Virus record (IMG/VR): IMGVR_UViG_2737471860_000007
Reading direction: 5' to 3' (one strand)
Source: a virus
Taxonomy: Duplodnaviria > Heunggongvirae > Uroviricota > Caudoviricetes
Length of the DNA stretch: 34,316 bases
The translations under genes and the position numbers were made by a program. Positions 1 through 12,696 of this stretch are shown in pieces (position 1 is the first letter of the stretch; each line of letters begins with the position of its first letter). Below the pieces are notes generated by a model. The model did no database searches. It had not been told where the DNA came from and was given only the letters and a program-made list of their open reading frames with translations.

Positions 1-128
1 GAAGAAATTGAAACGCCAGCACCATACAAAAAATTCTTATCGATACCGTAGGAAACATTTAGCTCTGGGGCGTTTTCTTTTTTATTATCTGCTAAATACG
101 AAAACCGTTCTTTTATAAATTCATTCAT
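1..128 (-). CDS. Partial CDS (N-terminus only, runs off window start): family-8 LPS core glycosyltransferase, WaaT/WaaJ-like
   Basis: Hand translation of the minus strand from ATG at 128: MNEFIKERFSYLADNKKENAPELNVSYGIDKNFLYGAGVSIS. The YGIDKNFL(Y/F)G-GVSI motif parallels the N-terminus of the adjacent 338-aa GT8 protein. AT-rich like the rest of the waa cluster. Not in the ORF track because it is truncated. Confidence 0.6.
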   Translation of the reverse strand, partial: MNEFIKERFSYLADNKKENAPELNVSYGIDKNFLYGAGVSIS

Positions 129-144
129 TTAACTTTTCTCAATT

Positions 145-1161
145 TCATTTTATTATCTTTAAATAAAAATAATAAATATAATTCATTATCCCGTTAATTG
201 GTTTGTTTTGTTTAAAATTATGCTTGGCGCAATAACGAGCATAGTTTGAGTTAACTGGCCGCATTAACGGTTCATTTTTCCAGGGCGATGCTTCTTTGGC
301 TTTGATAAAAGGTTGCGCACTTGGATAACCGGCCCAGTAATGCCAGGGTTTTGTCGGGCCGACATAATGAATTAATACGGTTTCATCATTAATTGGACAA
401 ACAAATGATTTTTTTAATTCATAATTTAAACTAAATTGCGTATTGTATTTAGCATCAATGAATTTAACTTTCCCTAACAGGATAAGATTAAGGATATCTT
501 GATCCATATAGGTTAAACGGGAAACGATGGCTTTATCAGCAAGCATCGACATCGCTTTAGCAGAAACGGACTCCTGCGCCCACGCTAGTGTATTAATTAA
601 CAGGACACCTGAATTAAAGTAACCCTTTTCAAGTTCATTACACTGCAGACTTTGACCCCGTAACGACCACCAGTTAGCATCGCGTTCAGTAACAACAGCA
701 GCAACGTTATTGGCAAGATCCATTGTTATCAGCGGCTTTAAGTTTCCCTGACAGGCGATATCAGCATCCAGGTAAAGGATCTTATCTTGTTGATCAATAA
801 AGTAATCTGCAATTACAAAACGGAAATACATGGCAATAGACCAATTTTTGGTCGTCGGTAATGCCTTAAGCCGTTCACAATTTACCAGATGGATCTGGAT
901 ACAGGTACGATAGCTTTTCGCCAATTGGGCTAAACGCTGGATATCGGCTTCAGGGATATCATCAATAAAAACGTGGAAAACAAAACTCACGTCGTTGTTA
1001 TGTAACAAAACTGACGTGATTGAAACACCACAACCAAAAAGAAAGTTTTTATCAATGCCATAAGCAACATGGAATGATGATGCCACTGACGCCGCTGGCC
1101 TTTCATCGAAGATGATTGTCTTATTGATCATCTCTTGTGGATTAAAATAGTGGGCACTCAT
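145..1161 (-). CDS. waaO: LPS core alpha-1,3-glycosyltransferase, family GT8 (WaaO/WaaI type)
   Basis: 338-aa ORF with ATG at 1161. GT8 hallmarks in the translation (YGIDKNF N-terminus, DxD-type region YLDADI, HYVGPTKPW near the C-terminus). Sits directly downstream of waaP, as in R1/R3/R4 core types. Confidence 0.85.
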   Translation of the reverse strand: MSAHYFNPQEMINKTIIFDERPAASVASSFHVAYGIDKNFLFGCGVSITSVLLHNNDVSFVFHVFIDDIPEADIQRLAQLAKSYRTCIQIHLVNCERLKALPTTKNWSIAMYFRFVIADYFIDQQDKILYLDADIACQGNLKPLITMDLANNVAAVVTERDANWWSLRGQSLQCNELEKGYFNSGVLLINTLAWAQESVSAKAMSMLADKAIVSRLTYMDQDILNLILLGKVKFIDAKYNTQFSLNYELKKSFVCPINDETVLIHYVGPTKPWHYWAGYPSAQPFIKAKEASPWKNEPLMRPVNSNYARYCAKHNFKQNKPINGIMNYIYYFYLKIIK

Positions 1162-1176
1162 ATTTCTCTCCGGAAA

Positions 1177-1974
1177 TTACAACGATTTTCGAATCGTTCT
1201 TTCCCTGATTTTTGTGGCTTTTGCTTCTGCTTGCGACAGCAGTCCTTGTTCCAGCTTGAGAATGTCTTTAAGCGGGGCGGCAAAATACACTTTCATAAAC
1301 CGCCAGATATCCCGCTGAGTCAGGCCGATATTCATCGAAGAAAAATAAAGCCCAATAAGATCTTTATCGCGCCAACGACGTGGAACGCGCGTGCGAAGCT
1401 GCGCCCGGTGCAGGTCAATTACCGAAATTTTTAACTCCTCTTCCTTACCGGAAAAAGGCAAGTGCAGCAGGAAATGACAGATATAACAGTCACGGTGATT
1501 AATGCCCGCAGCATGCATATCGCGCACCATCGTCGCGACACGCTTAATAAGCATACGCTTTACGCGAACATCTGGTGGGTTGGTCGCCCAGTCAGCACAG
1601 TAATCTTCCAGACTTATGGTTGGTGTCAGATCTTCGGTAATAATAAATGAAGTTCTGGTCAGCGGATTCATGCCTTTTTCGCCAAATGCCACCCCATACA
1701 TAGTATCAACGCCGACATCCCGCAGTCGATGAATCGCATTCCATTCGCGGTCAGCGCCTAATACTGGCATCCGCAATGAGAGTAAATTTTTGATTATCTC
1801 TTTCAGGGTCGTGCCGCGATGCCATTTGAGAAAATAGCTTTTGCCCGCCATTTCAAAGCGCAGAGTACGGCGAGTTTCCAGTTCACGAAATACCTCACCC
1901 TGCAAGGTTTTAACTTCCTCAAAAGGATCTTTGCCGCGCCATAACGTGGCAAACGGCTCTTTAAGTTCAACCAT
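1177..1974 (-). CDS. waaP: LPS core heptose(I) kinase WaaP
   Basis: Translation matches remembered WaaP ([33 protein letters not shown]...). The supplied ORF is extended by 3 codons; trimmed to the conserved ATG. Confidence 0.9.
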   Translation of the reverse strand: MVELKEPFATLWRGKDPFEEVKTLQGEVFRELETRRTLRFEMAGKSYFLKWHRGTTLKEIIKNLLSLRMPVLGADREWNAIHRLRDVGVDTMYGVAFGEKGMNPLTRTSFIITEDLTPTISLEDYCADWATNPPDVRVKRMLIKRVATMVRDMHAAGINHRDCYICHFLLHLPFSGKEEELKISVIDLHRAQLRTRVPRRWRDKDLIGLYFSSMNIGLTQRDIWRFMKVYFAAPLKDILKLEQGLLSQAEAKATKIRERTIRKSL

Positions 1975-3091
1975 CCAGACCACCCGTTATGATATCCGCC
2001 GCTTTCTCTGGCAGACTGTATAAATCTTGTGTATCAGCATAATGTCGCGCATTTTCCGCCCAAGCCTGGCGCAATGAAGATTGCGTTAACGCTTTGCGTA
2101 AAATCTCATTCAATGTTTCCTGGCGGAATGGCTCAGCAATAGCCTCGCCGCAATTAGCGTCGACAATATAATGCGCATAGCCACAAACGGCAGTTGTTAG
2201 TACCGGTAATCCTGCAGTAATCGCTTCCAGCAGCACAATTCCCGCCGCTTCCTGGTAGGCAGGATGCAGTAATAAATCCGCCGCCGCCATTAATTCCGAG
2301 ACATCGTTGCGCCCCGAGAAGAAGTGAACATTACTGCGCACGCCGCGTTTTTCTGCCAGTGCCTCAAATTTTCGCGGTTTATCCTGCCCAACAACATATA
2401 GCAATGTGTTGTGGCGCAGCGAATCCGGTAACGAAGCAAGTGCTTCAATGGAACGATCGACACCTTTACGCGTGAAGTCTGAACCGACCTGCAACAATAA
2501 ATATTGTTGTTCGGTTATTCCATTCTTCTTACGGAAGATTTCACGGCTATTGGCTGGCTGCTGGCTATATTTACGATCAGGATAAATCCCCGGTGGCAGA
2601 ATATGAAAACGCTCCGCTTCAGTCTGATAATGTTTCTGGAAATCGGCGATTTGCTTATCTGTCAGCATCAGCAGCTGTGTCGGCTTGCCCTGTTCGAAGG
2701 TTGCCCGCTCAAAGGCGGCATAATGGCGATAACGTGACGTCAGGCGATAGAAAAAGCCTTTTTCCTGCGCTACTTTCTCGGCATAACAAACATCAGCGGC
2801 ATAATAAACGTCCAGCCCCGGCATTTTGTTGAATCCAACGACTTTATCGACGGGATGTTCGCGTAAATGTTTTTGCACCCAGGCAAAATACTCCGCATTG
2901 CGCCCGTGATTGGTATGCGATTTAACCGGCACTTTGATCAGTTCAAATACATCAGGGCATTCGCCTTCCCACGACTGGGTATAAACCCGAACATGATGAC
3001 CTCGGGCGGCGACTGTCTGAGCAATACGCATAAAATCACGCTGCAAACCGCCAAAGGGAAAATATTTATATAAACAAAAAGCAACGATCAT
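1967..3091 (-). CDS. waaG: LPS core glucosyltransferase I WaaG (GT4)
   Basis: 374-aa ORF; translation matches remembered WaaG ([43 protein letters not shown]...). 8-nt overlap with waaP start. Confidence 0.93.
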   Translation of the reverse strand: MIVAFCLYKYFPFGGLQRDFMRIAQTVAARGHHVRVYTQSWEGECPDVFELIKVPVKSHTNHGRNAEYFAWVQKHLREHPVDKVVGFNKMPGLDVYYAADVCYAEKVAQEKGFFYRLTSRYRHYAAFERATFEQGKPTQLLMLTDKQIADFQKHYQTEAERFHILPPGIYPDRKYSQQPANSREIFRKKNGITEQQYLLLQVGSDFTRKGVDRSIEALASLPDSLRHNTLLYVVGQDKPRKFEALAEKRGVRSNVHFFSGRNDVSELMAAADLLLHPAYQEAAGIVLLEAITAGLPVLTTAVCGYAHYIVDANCGEAIAEPFRQETLNEILRKALTQSSLRQAWAENARHYADTQDLYSLPEKAADIITGGLDG

Positions 3092-4146
3092 AACGACGTA
3101 CCTGTCGTGGAGGAGGGCAGTAATTTATCGACAGCAGCAATGACATCTGCCGCCGGAATAACCGAAAGATACATCTCATTTCGGTCACGCTGATCGCGCG
3201 TTGGCATTTCCCGGTAATCTCCCGCCCAGAATTGAATCATGTTATTTGACCAGGGACGCCAGAAAATATGGTCTGTCGCACCAAACAGCGATATCAGCGG
3301 CGTATTAACTGCAGCGGCAATATGCGCCGGTGCGGAATCAACGCCAATAAACAGCTGCGCATGATCGATTAACGCACCAAGTTCCGGGAAGGTCACCTTT
3401 CCAGCCAGCGCCGTTACTGGTGGCGTCTGGCATCCCTGCGCAATTTCATTGACGCAGGCCAGATCGTCTTTATCCGGGCCGGACGTCAGAACGACTTCAT
3501 AACCACGAGCATGTAAGGCATCAATCACAGCGGAAAACTTGGCGTTGTCCCAGCATTTGAAGATTTGCCGCGCCGTAGGTTGGATAACCACATAATTTTG
3601 TCCAACACCAGCGTGATCAAGTTCGCGACGCATACGTTTCCAGCTTGCAGGCGGGTAACTCATGGTTGTCTGCTTCACCAACGAATCAAGTCCCAATGGT
3701 GTCAGCACGGATAAGTTACTTTCCACCACATTTCCACCCTGCAACGGCACCAAATGGGTGAAACTTTTACGCCAAAAAGCAGACTGCCGATGATGATAAT
3801 CCTGGGAAATTTTCACACGGGCATTTAATAAGCGAACCAGTATAGCAACCATCCATTGATCGGTAAGATTGACGATAAGGTCATACTTATTGGCACGTAA
3901 TACCTTGATGAGATGAAAAAAGTTGGCAATTTTTTCTGAGGCTTTTGCTTTTTTATTTTTTATGCCGTAGAGCGCGTTAATCTCTGGATTTTCAGACAGG
4001 ATCGGGATGGTGTCCTGATAAAGCAGCACATCGATTTTTGCGTCAGGGTAATTTTTTTTCAGCGAACTAATGACGGGAGTAGTTAATAACATATCCCCAT
4101 GAAAACGCATCTTAATGAGCAAAATTCTTCGAAATGGCTTATCCAC
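3088..4146 (-). CDS. waaQ: LPS core heptosyltransferase III WaaQ (GT9); exact start codon uncertain
   Basis: 352-aa ORF with the heptosyltransferase N-terminal RILLIK..GDMLLTTPV pattern. 4-nt ATGA overlap with waaG. First gene of the waaQ operon, divergent from waaA. Confidence 0.88.
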   Translation of the reverse strand: MDKPFRRILLIKMRFHGDMLLTTPVISSLKKNYPDAKIDVLLYQDTIPILSENPEINALYGIKNKKAKASEKIANFFHLIKVLRANKYDLIVNLTDQWMVAILVRLLNARVKISQDYHHRQSAFWRKSFTHLVPLQGGNVVESNLSVLTPLGLDSLVKQTTMSYPPASWKRMRRELDHAGVGQNYVVIQPTARQIFKCWDNAKFSAVIDALHARGYEVVLTSGPDKDDLACVNEIAQGCQTPPVTALAGKVTFPELGALIDHAQLFIGVDSAPAHIAAAVNTPLISLFGATDHIFWRPWSNNMIQFWAGDYREMPTRDQRDRNEMYLSVIPAADVIAAVDKLLPSSTTGTSL

Positions 4147-4195
4147 AAGTAACTCTTTTTGTTGAGATTATCCGATTAAGGTGAAGCAGAAAAAG

Positions 4196-4207
4196 CACGC
4201 TACCGCC
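4196..4207 (-). promoter_or_regulatory. ops element (RfaH recruitment site) within the JUMPstart sequence of the waaQ operon leader
   Basis: Plus strand reads cacgctaccgcc; its reverse complement is GGCGGTAGCGTG, the ops consensus. Located about 50 nt upstream of the waaQ start on the transcribed strand. Confidence 0.65.
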
Positions 4208-4559
4208 CCAGGCTCAACAGCTACCTGAATACTGATACCGCACTGATATTGACGCGCTAGTGTATCACTTCTTTCGCGGCAATCCGACCCGAATGATTTT
4301 TAAGCACATTGTTGATTTTTCAATAAAGAAATCAATCAAATAAAATCATTAGCAACCATATTCTTTCACTGTTGCTCTGCGATTCCTTCCTGCACGTACA
4401 GCAGAAATCAATGAATCGCATAAAAATACAAAAAAAGTATAGATGTTCAGCAAGAATTGGCGGGTAAATTGCTATTTAAGTCAAAAACGGGAAAAGTAAT
4501 GGTAAAGCCACAGCTAAATACATAGAATCCCCAGCACATCCATAAGTCAGCTATTTACT

Positions 4560-6324
<1,765 letters not shown>

Positions 6325-6331
6325 CGTTTAT

Positions 6332-6353
6332 GCCGGATGGTATGCCATCCGGC
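6332..6353. terminator. Hairpin between convergent coaD and mutM (putative bidirectional terminator)
   Basis: Inverted repeat gccggatgg-tatg-ccatccggc seen directly in the sequence between the two stop codons. Confidence 0.4.
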
Positions 6354-6362
6354 GCGCATGAA

Positions 6363-7172
6363 TTACTTCTGGCACTGCCGACAATAAAACGTTGCCCGCT
6401 GCGCATGTTTAGTCGCCACAATCGGCGTACCGCACACCCGACACGGCTCGCCTTTTCGCCCGTAAACCTGCAATTCCTGCGCGAAATAGCCCGGTTTACC
6501 ATCACTTTGCAGAAAATCTTTCAGCGTTGTACCACCCTGCTCAATCGAACGCAGCAACACCGCTTTAATCACCCGAGCTAACAATTCACACTCTGCCAGC
6601 GACAGTGATGACGCCAGCCGATCCGGATGGATCCCCGCCGCAAACAGTGATTCGCTGGCATAGATATTCCCTACCCCTACCACCAGCTTGTTATCCATCA
6701 GCCACGGTTTAATCGCCGTTTTTTTCTTCGCGCACTTCTGATGCAGATACTCACCATTGAAATCGTCGCTGAGCGGCTCCGGTCCAAGATGGGCCAGCAC
6801 ATTATGCCCTTCCAGCTCTTTGGTCCACAGCCAGGCACCAAAGCGGCGCGGATCGGTGTAGCGCAGCACTTTACCGTTGCTCATCACCAAATCCACATGG
6901 TCATGCTTTTCAGGGGGAAGTTCTTCTGGAAGGATGCGCAGGCTGCCAGACATCCCCAAATGAATGATAATCCAGCCCTCAGGCAGCTCCAGCAGCAAAT
7001 ATTTAGCCCGCCGCTGCACGCTAAGCACTGGTTGGTCGCTTAAACGGTAGATCTCTTCTGAAACCGGCCAGCGCAAGCGTCCGTTGCGCACCACTGCATG
7101 AAGAATGGTTGCACCAACGAGATGCGGTTCTATGCCGCGACGGCTGGTTTCAACTTCGGGTAATTCAGGCAT
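6363..7172 (-). CDS. mutM: Formamidopyrimidine-DNA glycosylase MutM (Fpg)
   Basis: Translation from ATG at 7172 begins [20 protein letters not shown] (catalytic Pro2/Glu3) and ends with a zinc-finger C-terminus CRVCGTPI...CRQCQ. The supplied ORF starts at an upstream TTG. Confidence 0.95.
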
Positions 7173-7269
7173 AGCATCTCCAGGAATGAACAGATGCAAT
7201 CAATATGGGGGCAAGCAGATAACAAAAAACCCCGCCGGAGCGAGGTTTTTTGTTACATCAAAGCGAGAA

Positions 7270-7440
<171 letters not shown>

Positions 7441-7457
7441 TTATTTCCTCTAAGTAC

Positions 7458-7715
<258 letters not shown>

Positions 7716-7910
7716 TTAGCTCGAGCTTCGTATGGGGTATTGGCGCCTCGTCAGGCTTTACAGCCCGGTCATCGCAGTTCTATGTGAACTCTCGATTGCC
7801 AGGCCCAAATGCCAAACCCGAGATTCTCAAAGGTGGCGTAGTATACGCTGACTCAGCGATGTGCTCAAGTCCCGAACAGACAAAGATCCCGAAGGATCGC
7901 GCATAGCGGG

Positions 7911-8585
7911 TTAAATCCAGCCGCGTTCGGCAAAAGAAACATACTCTCCACGCCCAATCACGATATGGTCGAGCACGCGTAAATCCATGAACTGACAACT
8001 CTTTATTATCCGTTCAGTAATGAGTTTATCCGCTTTACTGGGTTCAGCACAACCCGAAGGGTGATTATGTGCAAGGATCAGCGCCGAGGCGTTTATTTTT
8101 ATCGCTTCGCGGATAATTTCCCGAGGATGGACTTCAACATGGTTTAGCGTGCCGGAAAAAAGTCGGCTATGCGTTATAACCCGGTGTTGTGAGTCGAGAA
8201 AGATCACCATAAAGATCTCCCGCTCCTCACCCGTGAGCTGGCTTTGTAAAAATTCCCGCGTCATCTCCGGGCTGAGTAAAGGGCTTTCTTCACGCATCCG
8301 CACGTTGTAGTAACGCCGCGCCAGTTCAGCAATCCCCTTTAACTGGGCAAATTTCGCCACGCCAATTCCATGAACGCCACTAAATTGTTCATATTCAGAG
8401 GTTAACAAGCCATAAAGAGAGCCGAAATTCTCCAGCATCTCTTTTGCCAGGGTTAATACATCTTTACCGCGCGTTCCGGTACGCAGAAATAGCGCCAGCA
8501 GCTCGACATCCGTTAAGGCGCTAATACCAAACTTCAGCATTTTTTCGCGCGGCATCAACAGCTGTGAATTGTTTTTCACCTTCAC
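7911..8585 (-). CDS. yicR: UPF0758 family protein YicR (formerly RadC), JAB/MPN domain; start may be 2 codons downstream
   Basis: 224-aa ORF; C-terminal HNHPSG..E motif typical of the RadC/JAB fold. Divergent from coaBC. Confidence 0.9.
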   Translation of the reverse strand: MKVKNNSQLLMPREKMLKFGISALTDVELLALFLRTGTRGKDVLTLAKEMLENFGSLYGLLTSEYEQFSGVHGIGVAKFAQLKGIAELARRYYNVRMREESPLLSPEMTREFLQSQLTGEEREIFMVIFLDSQHRVITHSRLFSGTLNHVEVHPREIIREAIKINASALILAHNHPSGCAEPSKADKLITERIIKSCQFMDLRVLDHIVIGRGEYVSFAERGWI

Positions 8586-8750
8586 CTCCTTTGTGGTGCT
8601 CGCATCCTGTCATAGCCGTTCCGTTAAATCGACGGCCAGTTTTCAATCCTGGAAAGCGCCTCGCAAAGTGATTCTCAGGTGAAGGCACGACAACAAAAGT
8701 ATTGTGATAAAATCGCCAACTTCTGGTGTCACCCAACAGGAAAAATCATC

Positions 8751-9971
8751 ATGAGCCTGGCCGGTAAAAAAATCGTTCTCGGCGTTAGCGGCGGTATTGC
8801 TGCCTATAAAACCCCTGAACTGGTGCGTCGTTTGCGCGATCGCGGGGCCGACGTCCGCGTAGCCATGACCGAAGCGGCAAAAGCCTTTATCACCCCACTT
8901 AGCTTGCAGGCGGTTTCTGGTTATCCCGTTTCCGACAGTCTGCTGGACCCGGCAGCCGAAGCCGCTATGGGCCATATTGAGCTGGGTAAATGGGCTGATT
9001 TAGTGATTCTCGCCCCTGCCACGGCAGATTTGATTGCCCGTGTTGCTGCCGGAATGGCGAATGACCTGGTATCGACGATTTGTCTGGCTACACCTGCGCC
9101 TGTAGCCGTGCTCCCCGCCATGAACCAGCAGATGTACCGTGCCGCTGCCACGCAGCATAATTTAGAGGTGCTTGCTTCCCGTGGTTTGCTCATCTGGGGG
9201 CCAGACAGTGGCAGTCAGGCTTGTGGTGATATCGGTCCTGGGCGAATGCTCGATCCGTTAACCATTGTGGATATGGCGGTAGCGCATTTTTCGCCCGTCA
9301 ACGACCTGAAACATCTGAACATTATGATTACCGCCGGCCCGACGCGTGAACCGCTCGATCCCGTGCGTTATATCTCTAATCACAGCTCCGGCAAGATGGG
9401 TTTTGCTATCGCCGCCGCCGCTGCCCGTCGTGGCGCGAACGTCACGCTGGTATCAGGTCCGGTTTCACTACCGACGCCACCGTTTGTTAAACGTGTTGAT
9501 GTGATGACCGCGCTGGAAATGGAAGCCGCCGTGAATGCTTCTGTACAGCAGCAAAATATTTTTATCGGCTGCGCCGCCGTGGCGGATTATCGCGCAGCTA
9601 CCGTGGCCCCAGAGAAAATCAAAAAGCAGGCCACGCAGGGTGATGAATTAACAATAAAAATGGTTAAAAACCCCGATATCGTCGCAGGCGTTGCCGCACT
9701 AAAAGACCATCGACCCTACGTCGTTGGATTTGCCGCCGAAACAAATAATGTGGAAGAATACGCCCGGCAAAAACGTATCCGTAAAAACCTTGATCTGATC
9801 TGCGCGAACGATGTTTCCCAGCCAACTCAAGGATTTAACAGCGACAACAACGCATTACACCTTTTCTGGCAGGACGGAGATAAAGTCTTACCGCTTGAGC
9901 GCAAAGAGCTCCTTGGCCAATTATTACTCGACGAGATCGTGACCCGTTATGATGAAAAAAATCGACGTTAA
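8751..9971 (+). CDS. coaBC: Bifunctional phosphopantothenoylcysteine decarboxylase / phosphopantothenate-cysteine ligase CoaBC (Dfp)
   Basis: ATG at 8751 gives 406 aa [28 protein letters not shown]... The supplied ORF is extended 24 codons upstream. Confidence 0.95.
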
Positions 9972-10407
9972 GATTCTGGACCCGCGCGTTGGGAAGGAAT
10001 TTCCGCTCCCGACTTATGCCACCTCTGGCTCTGCCGGACTTGACCTGCGTGCCTGTCTCGACGACGCCGTAGAACTGGCTCCGGGTGACACTACGCTGGT
10101 TCCGACCGGGCTGGCGATTCATATTGCCGATCCTTCACTGGCGGCAATGATGCTGCCGCGCTCCGGATTGGGACATAAGCACGGTATCGTGCTTGGTAAC
10201 CTGGTAGGATTGATCGATTCTGACTATCAGGGCCAGTTGATGATTTCCGTGTGGAACCGTGGTCAGGACAGCTTCACCATTCAACCTGGCGAACGCATCG
10301 CCCAGATGATTTTTGTTCCGGTAGTACAGGCTGAATTTAATCTGGTGGAAGATTTCGACGCCACCGACCGCGGTGAAGGCGGCTTTGGTCACTCTGGTCG
10401 TCAGTAA
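9949..10407 (+). CDS. dut: dUTP pyrophosphatase
   Basis: 152-aa translation [36 protein letters not shown]... matches Dut. 23-nt overlap with the coaBC 3' end. Confidence 0.95.
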
Positions 10408-10513
10408 CACATACGCATCCGAATAACGTCATAACATAGCCGCAAACATTTCGTTTGCGGTCATAGCGTGGGTGCCGCCTGGCAAGTGCTTATTTTCAGG
10501 GGTATTTTGTAAC

Positions 10514-11110
10514 ATGGCAGAAAAACAAACTGCGAAAAGGAACCGTCGCGAGGAAATACTTCAGTCTCTGGCGCTGATGCTGGAATCCAGCGATGGAAGC
10601 CAACGTATCACGACGGCAAAACTGGCCGCCTCTGTCGGCGTTTCCGAAGCGGCACTGTATCGCCACTTCCCCAGTAAGACCCGCATGTTCGATAGCCTGA
10701 TTGAGTTTATCGAAGATAGCCTGATTACTCGCATCAACCTGATTCTGAAAGATGAGAAAGACACCACAGCGCGCCTGCGTCTGATTGTGTTGCTGCTTCT
10801 CGGTTTTGGTGAGCGTAATCCTGGCCTGACCCGCATCCTCACTGGTCATGCGCTAATGTTTGAACAGGATCGCCTGCAAGGGCGTATCAACCAGCTGTTC
10901 GAGCGTATTGAAGCGCAGCTGCGTCAGGTATTGCGTGAAAAGAGAATGCGTGAGGGTGAAGGTTACACCACCGATGAAACCCTGCTGGCAAGCCAGATCC
11001 TGGCCTTCTGTGAAGGTATGCTGTCACGTTTTGTCCGCAGCGAATTTAAATACCGCCCGACGGATGATTTTGACGCCCGCTGGCCGCTAATTGCCGCGCA
11101 GTTGCAGTAA
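10514..11110 (+). CDS. slmA: Nucleoid occlusion factor SlmA (TetR family)
   Basis: ATG at 10514 gives 198 aa [52 protein letters not shown]... The supplied ORF is extended 14 codons. Confidence 0.95.
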
Positions 11111-11116
11111 TATGAC

Positions 11117-11138
11117 GCCGGATGACTTTTCATCCGGC
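11117..11138. terminator. Hairpin between convergent slmA and pyrE (putative bidirectional terminator)
   Basis: Inverted repeat gccggatg-actttt-catccggc, with T-rich flank on the plus side. Confidence 0.4.
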
Positions 11139-11146
11139 GAGTTTCT

Positions 11147-11788
11147 TTAAACGCCAAACTCTTCGCGATAGGCCTTAACCGCCGCCAGATGTTCCGCCAT
11201 TTCCGGCTTCTCTTCCAGATAGGCAATCAGATCTTTCAGGGTGATGATAGAGATCACTTTGCAGTTGTAATCACGCTCAACTTCCTGAATCGCCGAAATC
11301 TCGCCGCGCCCCCGTTCCTGACGATCAAGCGAAATCAATACGCCAGCAAGCGTCGCGCCATTAGCCTGAATAATCTCCATCGATTCGCGAATCGCCGTTC
11401 CGGCGGTGATCACATCATCTACCAGCATTACGCGTCCTTGTAACGCGCTACCAACCAGATTGCCGCCTTCACCGTGGTCTTTTGCCTCTTTGCGGTTAAA
11501 GCAGTACGGCAGGTCAAGGTCATGATGCTCCGCCAGCGCCACGGCGGTAGTGGTCGCAATCGGGATCCCTTTGTAAGCAGGGCCAAACAGCAGATCGAAC
11601 TCAAGGCCGGAATCCACCAACGCTTCAGCGTAAAAACGGCCTAACAGTGCCAGATCGCGCCCGGTATTAAACAGCCCGGCGTTGAAGAAATAGGGGCTTT
11701 TGCGCCCGGACTTCAACGTAAACTCGCCAAACTTTAACACCTGCTTGCCAAGCGCAAATTCAATAAACTGGCGCTGATATGGTTTCAT
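11147..11788 (-). CDS. pyrE: Orotate phosphoribosyltransferase
   Basis: ATG at 11788 gives 213 aa [40 protein letters not shown]... The supplied ORF is extended 5 codons. Confidence 0.95.
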
Positions 11789-11820
11789 GCCTTCGCTCCT
11801 CATCTTACTTTTCTACAGAC

Positions 11821-11848
11821 AAAAAAAAGGCGACTCATCAGTCGCCTT
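11821..11848 (-). terminator. rph-pyrE intercistronic attenuator (rho-independent terminator)
   Basis: On the minus-strand transcript: stem aaggcgac / gucgccuu with a 6-nt loop, followed by a run of 8 U (plus-strand A-run 11821-11828). It lies 5 nt after the rph stop and about 40 nt before the pyrE start. Confidence 0.7.
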
Positions 11849-11853
11849 AAAAA

Positions 11854-12570
11854 TCAGTTTGCCAGCGCCGCCTTCTGCGTCGCTACAATGGATTCGATTC
11901 CCCCTCGGGCCAGAGCCAACAAGGTGAGTAGCTCTTCATGGGTGAACGGCTCGCCTTCTGCCGTCCCCTGCACTTCAATGATGCGCCCGTCTTCGGTCAT
12001 CACTACGTTCATGTCGGTCTCTGCGGCAGAGTCTTCAACGTATTCCAGATCGCAAACCGCTTCGCCGTTCACAATTCCGACAGAAACTGCGGCTACCATC
12101 CCTTTCATCGGATTGGTTTTCAGCTTGCCGTTTTCCACCAGCTTCTGTAGCGCATCTGCCAGCGCCACGCAGGCACCCGTAATCGACGCGGTACGCGTGC
12201 CACCATCAGCCTGAAGCACGTCGCAGTCCAGCGTAATGGTGAACTCACCCAGCGCTTTCAAATCTACTGCCGCGCGAAGAGCACGGGCGATCAGACGCTG
12301 GATTTCCATTGTGCGTCCACCCTGCTTACCTTTCGCCGCTTCACGAGCGTTACGGGTGTGGGTAGAACGTGGCAGCATGCCGTACTCTGCGGTGATCCAG
12401 CCCTGGCCCTGACCTTTCAGGAAGCGCGGCACGCCTTCTTCAATAGAGGCGGTACACAACACTTTGGTATCGCCAAATTCGACCAGCACCGAGCCTTCTG
12501 CATGTTTTGTATAGTTACGAGTCAGGGTAACGGGACGCACCTGATTATTGCTACGGCCTGCTGGACGCAT
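11854..12570 (-). CDS. rph: Ribonuclease PH, apparently full length (238 aa)
   Basis: ATG at 12570 gives [42 protein letters not shown]... ending ...[11 protein letters not shown]. The supplied ORF starts 8 codons upstream. Confidence 0.95.
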   Translation of the reverse strand: MRPAGRSNNQVRPVTLTRNYTKHAEGSVLVEFGDTKVLCTASIEEGVPRFLKGQGQGWITAEYGMLPRSTHTRNAREAAKGKQGGRTMEIQRLIARALRAAVDLKALGEFTITLDCDVLQADGGTRTASITGACVALADALQKLVENGKLKTNPMKGMVAAVSVGIVNGEAVCDLEYVEDSAAETDMNVVMTEDGRIIEVQGTAEGEPFTHEELLTLLALARGGIESIVATQKAALAN

Positions 12571-12696
12571 ATTGAAATCTCCGGCTTGAAACAAATGTGG
12601 CTGCGCATTATACGGACTTCCGGCGGTTATTCCTATCCTGACAAGGCATCGATGGCTATAATCCTTCCACCTCTCCTTTTATAAACAGGAACGTCT

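Noticed and set aside
7200-7269. Possible rpmBG terminator hairpin (aaaaaacccc...ggttttttg)
   Set aside because: A/T runs flank a GC-rich core, but I could not pair a clean stem by eye, so it is not reported as a feature. A terminator is expected here.
12358-12684. Plus-strand 108-aa ORF in the rph/yicC region, plus N-terminally extended versions of many genes (coaD, coaBC, slmA, pyrE, rph, yicG, gmk, recG, xanP, yicH, yicJ, mutM, ligB)
   Set aside because: The track uses the longest ORF including TTG/GTG starts. The conserved N-termini I remember begin at internal ATGs, so the extensions were trimmed. The 108-aa ORF is antisense to rph.
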